From Candidatus Saccharimonadota bacterium (GTDB taxonomy: Bacteria; Patescibacteriota; Saccharimonadia; Saccharimonadales; Saccharimonadaceae), in assembly GCA_002421785.1 (NCBI GenBank), contig DIRZ01000003.1, positions 90,001 through 122,000 of the forward strand: DNA of 32,000 bases, written 5' to 3'. The position numbers and the translations under genes were made by a program. The notes under the pieces are model-generated. The model made no database searches, was not told the origin of the DNA, and was given only the letters and a program-made list of their open reading frames with translations. Below are positions 9,133 through 16,865 of the stretch, piece after piece. Every line of letters starts with the position of its first letter. Within the stretch, counting starts at the first letter, position 1.

Positions 9133-9161
9133 TTGATTCATTATCGTTTTTATGTTACTAT
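9133..9161 (+). promoter_or_regulatory. Candidate promoter TTGATT, 17 nt spacer, TACTAT in the AT-rich divergent control region of the island
   Basis: TTGATT at 9133-9138, a 17 nt spacer, and TACTAT at 9156-9161. It lies inside the 93 nt AT-rich gap between divergent genes starting at 9112 (-) and 9206 (+). Confidence 0.45.
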
Positions 9162-9205
9162 TCTTTTATGATATCACATAACTTAATTTATGTCAATGTC
9201 GTTAT

Positions 9206-9913
9206 ATGATTGAGTACCCCCGTCATTCGCTCTATCTTGAGGGTACCGATGCGAGCGGTAAGGATTCTGTCGCACGGGAACTTCAGCTACTACTGCCAGA
9301 TGTAGGCGTAGCAGCGGGATATTTTTATCCAGACTATCGCGCAAGAGCGCAGGAGTGGCAGCGTCGGTGTCCAGAAGCTGGTAGGGATGTCATCTTTCTT
9401 GCAAGCGTTGTTGGTGACTTGTTGGCACTCAAGGAGAGTGATCCTCGTTTGAGCCCCCATATTCAAGTGTCGCATGGCGTGATAAGGGGCGCCGCCTATC
9501 AAGATGCCTTTGATCTGCCGACGGCAAACCTTTTTAATAAGGTGTCCGGCCTTCTTCCGCACAATATTCAACCCATCGCGCTCTCGGCTCAACTAAAGAC
9601 GATCCAGCAGCGTGTACTGAACAATCCCGAGTCCACAGAGTTCGATTTTCTTGTTTTCAATGAACCGGCACGGGTTCAACGAATTATCGACGGAATTGCC
9701 CAGCGTAGTGTTGCTCTCGGTGGTCGTGTGATTGATACAAGCAACCTGACGCCTAACGAAGTTGCGCATACGATACTCGAAGAGCCTGACACATATATAC
9801 CACGCCGAAGTGCCATCGATGCCCAGGAGATTCTCGACGAAATCGCCGGCAGGTACCCAATGAGCATGCCGATTATTCAGGAAATAAGGGAAGGAATGGT
9901 TTACGATGTCTAA
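9206..9913 (+). CDS. Thymidylate-kinase-like P-loop kinase
   Basis: The P-loop YLEGTDASGKDSV resembles the TMK motif EG.DG.GK.T, and VIRGAAYQD resembles TMK DR...S..AYQ. The Walker A is also similar to PPK2 (EG.DAAGKG), so the substrate is uncertain. Confidence 0.55.
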   Translation: MIEYPRHSLYLEGTDASGKDSVARELQLLLPDVGVAAGYFYPDYRARAQEWQRRCPEAGRDVIFLASVVGDLLALKESDPRLSPHIQVSHGVIRGAAYQDAFDLPTANLFNKVSGLLPHNIQPIALSAQLKTIQQRVLNNPESTEFDFLVFNEPARVQRIIDGIAQRSVALGGRVIDTSNLTPNEVAHTILEEPDTYIPRRSAIDAQEILDEIAGRYPMSMPIIQEIREGMVYDV

Positions 9914-10625
9914 TAGATCTTTATACATTGTTTGGGGAGTCACCGGAGGGCTTGGCGAAGGAGTATCACTCGCACTCGCCAACGCTGGTCATGATGTGAT
10001 TGGGTACGCGCGGGACGTCAACAAAGTGAATAGTAGTATTCTTGATGCCGAGCATATCGAAATACGCAGTATGGTTATTTCTGAATCGTTTTATCGTCAA
10101 GAATGTGCTTATCTTGAGGGCCGCGGCCTAACAATAGCTGGAATCGTGGACTGCGTAGGGTCGACGCAAACGCCTAGCGATGCGACACTGACCCAGCGCT
10201 TTAAGGATATCATGACACCAAATCTATTCCATCCCTACGCAAGCACCCTAATATTCGCGCCAGTCATGGCGGAAAATGCCAGTATCGTGCTCGTAAGCTC
10301 TATTCGCGCCCTCACTGGCACGGACAATCAGAATATCGAATATGCATTTGCAAAGGCCGCGGTAGAGAATCTTGCGAGATCACTCGTTCATCATCTCAAA
10401 GCCACAAAGGTTCGGTGTAATGTCGTGCGTCCCACGCCAATTCTTGGCACCCAGATGAGCCGAGCCTGGAGTCCTCAGATTATCGAAGAGCTCGAATCAA
10501 AAGCGCTCTACGGCACGCTCCTGCGCGTTGATGATATCGTTCCTGTTGTCGTGTTTCTTCTATCCCCTAGCTCCCTTGCTATCAATGGCACTGTCATTGA
10601 TACTAGCGGTAGCTTCGGCTTATAG
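9906..10625 (+). CDS. Short-chain dehydrogenase/reductase (SDR)
   Basis: Cofactor motif VWGVTGGLGEGV (TGxxxGxG) and catalytic YAFAKAAVENL (YxxxK). It overlaps the upstream gene by 8 nt. Confidence 0.85.
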   Translation: MSNRSLYIVWGVTGGLGEGVSLALANAGHDVIGYARDVNKVNSSILDAEHIEIRSMVISESFYRQECAYLEGRGLTIAGIVDCVGSTQTPSDATLTQRFKDIMTPNLFHPYASTLIFAPVMAENASIVLVSSIRALTGTDNQNIEYAFAKAAVENLARSLVHHLKATKVRCNVVRPTPILGTQMSRAWSPQIIEELESKALYGTLLRVDDIVPVVVFLLSPSSLAINGTVIDTSGSFGL

Positions 10626-10710
10626 CACCATACGGTCCATGGCTTATCGACTCGCTCAGTAAGTGCGGCGCCCGGTATGCTACGTATCGCATACTGATGA
10701 TTGCGAAAAA

Positions 10711-10744
10711 TAAACTAGGGTCCGCGTTAGCGGACCCTAGTTTA
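10711..10744. terminator. Bidirectional intrinsic terminator: perfect 15 bp stem, 4 nt loop
   Basis: TAAACTAGGGTCCGC-gtta-GCGGACCCTAGTTTA lies between the convergent SDR gene (ends 10625) and fusA (ends 10754). On the minus strand the stem is followed by TTTTTCG, which serves fusA. On the plus strand the T run is shorter. Confidence 0.85.
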
Positions 10745-10753
10745 TCGTTAGTA

Positions 10754-12844
10754 CTACTTCGAGCGCTTTTCGATGATTTCCTGTGCCACGTTTGGTGGTA
10801 CTTCTTCGTAATGCGCAAGCTCCATCGTGCTTGCAGCGCGGCCTTGGCTCATACTGCGGATATCGCCGGTATAACCAAACATGTTTGCGAGTGGGACAAT
10901 CGCTTTCACAAGCTTCGCGCCACCCATCAGGTCTTCCATGGCATCGATACGTCCACGGCGGCTGTTAAGGTCACCGATGATGTCGCCCATGAACTCTTCT
11001 GGCGTAGTTACTTCAACATGCATAACAGGTTCGAGGATAATTGGCGTTGCACGCTTCACACCTTCACGCGCCGCAATACTACCAGCCAGTTTAAAGGCCA
11101 GTTCGCTTGAGTCAACATCGTGATAGCTACCGTCGTACAGTGTCGCTTTGACGTCGACTACTGGATAACCGGCAATCACACCGCCATACAATGTTTCAAC
11201 GATACCCTGCTCGACAGGCTTGCGGTATTCTTGTGGCACCACACCACCCTTAATCATGTCGACGAATTCAAAGCCCTTGCCCACTTCGTTCGGCTCGAAG
11301 CGTACCCATACGTCACCGTACTGGCCACGACCGCCGGATTGCTTGGCGTGTTTACCCTGAACTTCAGACGTGCCCTTAATGGTTTCACGGAAGGCAACCT
11401 GTGGCTCACCGACGTTCGCTTCGACGTTAAATTCACGCTTCATGCGGTCAATGAGGATTTCGAGGTGAAGCTCGCCCATACCAGACATAATCGTCTGACC
11501 GGTTTCGTCATCGGTGTGAACGCGGAAGGTTGGGTCTTCTTCGGCAAGTCGTTGCAGGGCGATACCCATTTTTTCCTGGTCAGCCTTCGTTTTAGGCTCA
11601 ACGGCGATAGAAACTGGAGGATCTGGGAATGTGATCGCTTCAAGCGCCATTGGGTGCGCAGGGTCTGTTAGTGTGTGCCCCGTGAATGTGCCCTTTAGCC
11701 CCACGACAGCAGCAATGTCGCCCGCACCAACTGAGTCGATATCTTCACGCTTGTCGGCGTGCATACGCACGATACGGCCAACGCGCTCTTTTTCGCCCGT
11801 TGTTGTGTTCAAAACATAGCTACCGGCGGTGAGTTTACCTGAGTACACACGCACAAAGATAAGCTTACCGACAAATGGGTCGGTCGCAAGCTTAAAGGCA
11901 AGCGCGGCCATTGGTTCTTTGTCATCTGGCTTGCGACTTACTTCATCGCCAGTTTTAGGGTTTTTGCCCCAAATGGCGTCGATGTCTAGTGGGCTTGGCA
12001 GGTAGTCAGCCATAAGGTCGAGAACCTTTTCGACAATCACGCCGCGGCCATCGCCACCAGTTACAAGGTAAAAGTCACCAGCAAGAACTCGCTTGCGAAG
12101 CGCAGCCTTTAGTTCGTCAATTGTGATCGAATCTTCGCCCTCATCGAAGAACTTCATCATCAGTTCTTCATCAGCTTCCACTGCGTTTTCAACCAGCAGG
12201 CTGCGTGCGTTTTTAGCTTTTTCGAGCATGTCTGCAGGAATTTCGCCAACGACAAGTTCGTGATCGGTGTAGTCAGTGTAGGTGTAGGCCTTCATATCAA
12301 TTAGGTCAACGACACCATTGATATCCTTTTCGAAGCCAATTGGCAGGTGAATTGGGAACGCCTGTTTGCTGAGGCGAGTACGGATACTTTCGAGGCTCTT
12401 GTAGAAGTCACCCCCGGTCTGGTTGATCTTGTTAACAAAACAAATACGTGGAACGCCGTACTTGTTGGCTTGGCGCCATACGGTTTCAGACTGAGCTTCA
12501 ACGCCCATCTTGCCGTCAAACACAGTGACAGCACCGTCAAGCACGCGAAGACTTCGCTCAACTTCGGCCGTGAAGTCAATGTGCCCCGGGGTGTCGATGA
12601 TGTTGATTTTGCAGCCCTTCCAGAAACAGGTTACGGCAGCGGAAGTAATGGTGATACCACGTTCTTTTTCTTGTGCCATCCAGTCAGTTGTTGCGCCGTC
12701 ACCGTCACCTCGAACTTCGCCGATCTTGTGATTGATACCAGTACGGTAGAGGATTCCTTCTGTCGTTGTTGTTTTACCGGCGTCGATGTGTGCGATAATA
12801 CCGACGTTACGGAAGTCCTTTAGCGGGACATTTGTTACTGCCAT
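10754..12844 (-). CDS. fusA: Translation elongation factor G
   Basis: 696 aa with [29 protein letters not shown]-type G motifs and full EF-G domain architecture. AGGAG lies 4 nt upstream of the ATG. Confidence 0.98.
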   Translation of the reverse strand: MAVTNVPLKDFRNVGIIAHIDAGKTTTTEGILYRTGINHKIGEVRGDGDGATTDWMAQEKERGITITSAAVTCFWKGCKINIIDTPGHIDFTAEVERSLRVLDGAVTVFDGKMGVEAQSETVWRQANKYGVPRICFVNKINQTGGDFYKSLESIRTRLSKQAFPIHLPIGFEKDINGVVDLIDMKAYTYTDYTDHELVVGEIPADMLEKAKNARSLLVENAVEADEELMMKFFDEGEDSITIDELKAALRKRVLAGDFYLVTGGDGRGVIVEKVLDLMADYLPSPLDIDAIWGKNPKTGDEVSRKPDDKEPMAALAFKLATDPFVGKLIFVRVYSGKLTAGSYVLNTTTGEKERVGRIVRMHADKREDIDSVGAGDIAAVVGLKGTFTGHTLTDPAHPMALEAITFPDPPVSIAVEPKTKADQEKMGIALQRLAEEDPTFRVHTDDETGQTIMSGMGELHLEILIDRMKREFNVEANVGEPQVAFRETIKGTSEVQGKHAKQSGGRGQYGDVWVRFEPNEVGKGFEFVDMIKGGVVPQEYRKPVEQGIVETLYGGVIAGYPVVDVKATLYDGSYHDVDSSELAFKLAGSIAAREGVKRATPIILEPVMHVEVTTPEEFMGDIIGDLNSRRGRIDAMEDLMGGAKLVKAIVPLANMFGYTGDIRSMSQGRAASTMELAHYEEVPPNVAQEIIEKRSK

Positions 12845-12890
12845 ATGGCTCCTGCTCTCTTTCGTTTTATAGATAATTATTATTTGCCAG

Positions 12891-12911
12891 GTTTTCTAGG
12901 CATTAGAAAAC
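12891..12911 (-). promoter_or_regulatory. Perfect 8 bp inverted repeat in the fusA 5' untranslated region
   Basis: GTTTTCTA-ggcat-TAGAAAAC lies between the candidate fusA promoter (12926-12934) and the fusA SD/ATG. Its function is unknown; it could be an RNA hairpin or an operator. Confidence 0.5.
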
Positions 12912-12925
12912 AGCACTTAGGTCGA

Positions 12926-12934
12926 AGTATAGCA
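12926..12934 (-). promoter_or_regulatory. Extended -10 promoter element TGcTATACT upstream of fusA
   Basis: The minus strand reads TGCTATACT about 80 nt upstream of the fusA ATG, in the 125 nt gap after cassette gene D. The -35 is weak (TAGTAA at 17 nt). Confidence 0.5.
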
Positions 12935-12969
12935 CATTTCGTAGCTATTTACTAGGAATAGACTGCAGG

Positions 12970-13548
12970 CTATTCGCCTGGCTGGAGCCGTTTCGATATC
13001 TCAACGGTTGGGTCGGATATGGAAACGACAATATATGGTGAGCTGATGTCATGTGGGTCGAACCCATCAATCTCAAGTCGCGGATCGGTCAAGATAAGCG
13101 CTATATCGTACTCATCGTCGTTGATGCCTCTTCCCCCAACCATCGCATCAAAAGACGGCATCGGTGCGATAGCAACGTGGTTGAATGTGCCGACGACCCA
13201 CTCACCTTCGACAACGTTCTCGCAGGCGATTCCTGACTCAGTAACATAGAAGGTAAATGCACCCTCGCCGACAACAACAGTATCACCTGAAGTCAACTCA
13301 GAAAGCCTCGGTACATCCGCTCGGTTGAGCATCACCTCGATGAATTGGTAGTCCTCGGGCCGAAGAGGAACTCCTGGCTCTGCCTCAAGAGAAGCCTTCA
13401 CGTGGTCATTAAACGCGCCACGAAGTAGCTTCATGTCATCGCCCAGCGACACGGCAATATGTTCACCCCGGGTATCAATCCCAAGTTCTTCTGAAAGACC
13501 GCCGACTATTTCAAAAAACGAATTGTCATCTGGTATGTGCTCACGCAT
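12970..13548 (-). CDS. Hypothetical acidic protein D (192 aa) of the rpsG-fusA cassette
   Basis: Long ORF on the same strand as its neighbours. ATG 13548 lies 1 nt after the stop of gene C (TAAtATG). The tracked TTG start at 13569 would overlap C. It shares an N-terminal peptide and module motifs with B and C. No known family was recognised. Confidence 0.75.
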   Translation of the reverse strand: MREHIPDDNSFFEIVGGLSEELGIDTRGEHIAVSLGDDMKLLRGAFNDHVKASLEAEPGVPLRPEDYQFIEVMLNRADVPRLSELTSGDTVVVGEGAFTFYVTESGIACENVVEGEWVVGTFNHVAIAPMPSFDAMVGGRGINDDEYDIALILTDPRLEIDGFDPHDISSPYIVVSISDPTVEISKRLQPGE

Positions 13549-13549
13549 A

Positions 13550-15781
13550 TTAAAACGCCATCTCCTCAAGCGTGCTTAGTGGTACGACATATCGTGCAAC
13601 GACATCGTTTCGCTCCGGTGTAGGCACACGCATGACAAGGGCAATCTCGCTGGTCTTTAGGAACGGGTGCTCAGTGACGACGCCATCGAGAGTCGCAAGG
13701 ATCTCCTGGCCGAGGATGTGCTTAGCGGAATCATCAATAAATGGCCCCGCGATTCGGAGTGTGCGTCCTGCGCCCAAAATCGCCTCGAGCGCATCAGCTG
13801 CCACGTCCATAGCACTGGGATTATCGTGAAATGCAAGGGCGATATCACGAAGCCCCTCGACACCATCAAACTCAGTCATCTCTGTCTGAGGCTCGCTGTC
13901 GATTGCTCCCGCAAGATACTCGAGATTCTTTTGTAGCATTTGTCGCGAAGACTGCGCGATATCAAGTTTCGCGGTTCGGGCGAGCGCTTCGCTACGACGG
14001 GCGTCATAATCAAGACTCGGGAGAGAGTATCCCGCAGGAAGTCCGAGGTCAACAACGAACCGTCGCGCCGCGTTTATCGTCACCATAGATGCGTTAGTGT
14101 CAGGATCTGTAATCGTAATCGTATTATTCCCATGCCCGAGATCGATAAACTCAAGATACGCACGGATCACGTGTTGTTCATCATCCTCACCATAAGAGCG
14201 TGTTTGAACATTAGCCTCAGCGAGGATTCCCTTTGCACTGCTAAATACATCTGGGGAGCTTACGCCAAATCCCTTTACTTGTATATCAAGCGTCTGTGAC
14301 TCTTGATCGATCACACGACTAAAGGTAGCCTCGGGAATCCTTAGCGCTGGGCCAATGACCTCGATAACAGGGTTCATGTCCGTTTGCCACCGTTGAAAGA
14401 ACGCTGAAATTCGATAATTGATCATCTCGTAGTCGTCTGCAATCGCCGCCTTGCTCGGATACGGTCGCTCGGCCTCACTTGAGGCATATTGGCGAACTAT
14501 TTCATGTAGTCCATGCAACTCAGCGAGGAACTGTCGCTGCCTCTCTTTTTCATCCTCGGGTATATCCTGTTCACCATCTCTGTCACTCGCCTCATCTGCG
14601 TGCTCGACGCTGGTCATTGAAGCTGCGTCTATCACTGCCTCACCTAGCCGTTGTTCAAGTGGTCGCACTCCAAAATTGCTGTCGAACTGCTCATTTGGCT
14701 GAATAATCGTATCTTCATCAAATGGATACGCACTCGTCTCCGGACGGTTAGCCGTCAGCCGTGTGAGGCTATCGATAGGGATATATATTGGGGTACGTCC
14801 ACCTTGCGCCTCTGGTACGAGGTACCACGTCTCGAGCGTGGGACGGTAAGTGATGAGCGTTTGACCTTCTGCTGTATCAGGCGTCGGAAAAAGACGTACA
14901 TTGCTAATGAGCAGCTCACGGAGCGTTCCATCATATTCTTTGGGCACTTTCGCATATGTCATCGTACGTCCATAGATGACACCTCGAACGACTGCGTCGT
15001 AAGTTGCATTGTCAAATGCGAGTCGATCGGTGATATACGTTTCAATCAGGTCGAGCACTTCATCGTCACCCATTGTCGTGTCAGCTTTTGACACATCAAA
15101 TGTCACGCTAAAGTCATCGAGAAGTTGACGGATAAGCTCAGGATCACGGCAGCCATCTGGCAACGCCTGAACTGCAGCGAATACTTCGGGGAAATTGGCG
15201 CGCACAAACTCCTCAGCACCTTCACGAGAGGGTTGGTGTGGCTCCATATACTCGATGTCGTCGGGGCGACTCGTGAACCACACTTGTCCATCCTCGTAGT
15301 CTTCGTCGAGACCATATTGCATCACGACGCGGTACATTGATCCATACTCACCCATTGGAACTCTCTCGACGTCAAAGCCTTTGACGATCGCCCGGAACCC
15401 TGCCGCATCAAAATATTCTCCGAGAAGATCTTCTTTGCGCTCGCCGATTCCAGGAAATGCGCCTTCATGGGCGTCGTCAACAACATTCTCATCGAGCGCG
15501 TATTCAGTTGGTCGGAGTCGTCCGGTTACCTTGATTGCTTCGTCGCGAAATCCAAGCATATCCCAATCACCGTTGAGATTGAGGAGTACTTCTTGGATGG
15601 TGTCTTCTGACGGGTTAGTCGCAAAATTCAGTGCGTCTTCGGCGCTTTTTGCATCGTGTATAAGACGGAGGATGCCCGGGTCAATCGTGTCACGAAGACT
15701 CGGTTCGGTCTCCCATGTGTTTTTGATGAGCGCATCAAATGCATCGTCATCGTTAGAGTGTGGCTGTGACTCTCGTATCAT
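13550..15781 (-). CDS. Hypothetical acidic multi-module protein C (743 aa) of the rpsG-fusA cassette
   Basis: An uninterrupted 2.2 kb ORF; the only competing ORFs are short antisense ones. It has no TM or signal sequence, is rich in D/E, and shows repeated sequence patterns shared with B and D. No known family was recognised. Confidence 0.8.
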   Translation of the reverse strand: MIRESQPHSNDDDAFDALIKNTWETEPSLRDTIDPGILRLIHDAKSAEDALNFATNPSEDTIQEVLLNLNGDWDMLGFRDEAIKVTGRLRPTEYALDENVVDDAHEGAFPGIGERKEDLLGEYFDAAGFRAIVKGFDVERVPMGEYGSMYRVVMQYGLDEDYEDGQVWFTSRPDDIEYMEPHQPSREGAEEFVRANFPEVFAAVQALPDGCRDPELIRQLLDDFSVTFDVSKADTTMGDDEVLDLIETYITDRLAFDNATYDAVVRGVIYGRTMTYAKVPKEYDGTLRELLISNVRLFPTPDTAEGQTLITYRPTLETWYLVPEAQGGRTPIYIPIDSLTRLTANRPETSAYPFDEDTIIQPNEQFDSNFGVRPLEQRLGEAVIDAASMTSVEHADEASDRDGEQDIPEDEKERQRQFLAELHGLHEIVRQYASSEAERPYPSKAAIADDYEMINYRISAFFQRWQTDMNPVIEVIGPALRIPEATFSRVIDQESQTLDIQVKGFGVSSPDVFSSAKGILAEANVQTRSYGEDDEQHVIRAYLEFIDLGHGNNTITITDPDTNASMVTINAARRFVVDLGLPAGYSLPSLDYDARRSEALARTAKLDIAQSSRQMLQKNLEYLAGAIDSEPQTEMTEFDGVEGLRDIALAFHDNPSAMDVAADALEAILGAGRTLRIAGPFIDDSAKHILGQEILATLDGVVTEHPFLKTSEIALVMRVPTPERNDVVARYVVPLSTLEEMAF

Positions 15782-15787
15782 GAACTA

Positions 15788-15821
15788 ATTAAATAGAGAT
15801 GCGCCCCTGTTTGCAAGCATA
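15788..15821 (-). promoter_or_regulatory. Promoter-like element with conserved 11-mer upstream of gene C (TATGCTTGCAA; TTGCAA, 17 nt, TTTAAT, 6 nt, ATG)
   Basis: The minus strand reads TAG-cgctTATGCTTGCAAacaggggcgcatctctaTTTAATtagttcATG. There is no Shine-Dalgarno. The same 11-mer occurs upstream of gene B. Confidence 0.5.
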
Positions 15822-15825
15822 AGCG

Positions 15826-16815
15826 CTAGAATTGTGGTGGCGTCGGTGTATCATATCGCGCTGAACTCATCCAGGCGATTGATGTACAGGGAATGATAAG
15901 TTCTCGCTCAGAGCCATTTGGTTCATACGCAGTCGCTTCGATAAACGGTACACAGCGGTGCGTGCCCTTCAGTTCCTGCGCGCGAATATCAGACGGACGC
16001 AATTCGACGTCTTTGACCCTCATCGTCCGTGTGTACGGATAGCGCAAAACCACAGGAATACCATCGCCGTTATCTTTGACGGAGATACACTCGCCCGCAA
16101 CTGAGATATGGTAATTGACATGCGGATCGATTTCCGCGCGTGAACGAAGATATTGTGCCGCATCGCGGACGTGCTCAAGTTGTTCTTCGTCACTCAAGTT
16201 TGCTTCAAAGACAAACTCACCGAAATCTTTGATAATCTGATCGTCGCGACGGCTGGTAAATGCAAGTTCATCAATAGTATTTGCATCCTCCGGGTAATAA
16301 TACGCGAATCGACGCTCTCGTAGCTCGGGGGACGGAAATGGTAGCTCGATACCTGCGAGTTCCTCAAGGGGGAGAACAATAGGCATCCGAGTGCCATCAC
16401 CTTTTCCGGCGTCTATTTCCACAAGATGCGATATTTTCGGGAAATGATCATTTGATTGCTCGGTCGAATCAGTGAAAAATATGAAACCGCGAGAAATTGC
16501 TTCTTGATCAACGTACGTCGAGGACTGCATTTCGGGTAATCCTGGGACTACCGCCCAACCACGGCCGCTGACTGTCACGGGCATATTCATATATCGCCAC
16601 CTCGCATCGAGCTGCTGTACATGAGCCTGTCGGATCGAAAGAGGGTCGATCTCGGTGTCGGTGAGCATCGATGTTGCTACTATCTCTTGACGAGAGAGTG
16701 CTTCACTGTGTATTTCTTCTAGATATGGATCACCAAGCTGTGGCTCTAGTCCATCGGTCATCTCGCGAAATATATCGTCAAAGTCTGGATGCTTACTGCT
16801 TGGTATCTCGCTCAT
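15826..16815 (-). CDS. Hypothetical acidic two-module protein B (329 aa) of the rpsG-fusA cassette
   Basis: Long ORF on the same strand. Two internally similar halves are visible: NMPVTVSG...GDGTRMPIVLPLEEL and NYHISVAG...NGSERELIIPCTSI. The N-terminal peptide is similar to that of D. No known family was recognised. Confidence 0.8.
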   Translation of the reverse strand: MSEIPSSKHPDFDDIFREMTDGLEPQLGDPYLEEIHSEALSRQEIVATSMLTDTEIDPLSIRQAHVQQLDARWRYMNMPVTVSGRGWAVVPGLPEMQSSTYVDQEAISRGFIFFTDSTEQSNDHFPKISHLVEIDAGKGDGTRMPIVLPLEELAGIELPFPSPELRERRFAYYYPEDANTIDELAFTSRRDDQIIKDFGEFVFEANLSDEEQLEHVRDAAQYLRSRAEIDPHVNYHISVAGECISVKDNGDGIPVVLRYPYTRTMRVKDVELRPSDIRAQELKGTHRCVPFIEATAYEPNGSERELIIPCTSIAWMSSARYDTPTPPQF

Positions 16816-16823
16816 AGATTACT

Positions 16824-16858
16824 ATTTAACCCCACCGTGGCTTCTCGTTGCAAGCATA
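16824..16858 (-). promoter_or_regulatory. Promoter-like element with conserved 11-mer upstream of gene B (TATGCTTGCAA; TTGCAA, 18 nt, TTAAAT, 8 nt, ATG)
   Basis: The minus strand reads TGA-tactaccTATGCTTGCAAcgagaagccacggtggggTTAAATagtaatctATG. There is no Shine-Dalgarno. Confidence 0.5.
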
Positions 16859-16865
16859 GGTAGTA

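Noticed and set aside
14451-15788. Several 83-146 aa plus-strand ORFs antisense to cassette gene C (14451-14702, 14651-15091, 15381-15788).
   Set aside because: They are Ser/Arg/Cys-rich low-complexity translations, each much shorter than the uninterrupted 743 aa minus-strand frame. The minus frame shows paralogy with B and D, which supports it as the coding strand.
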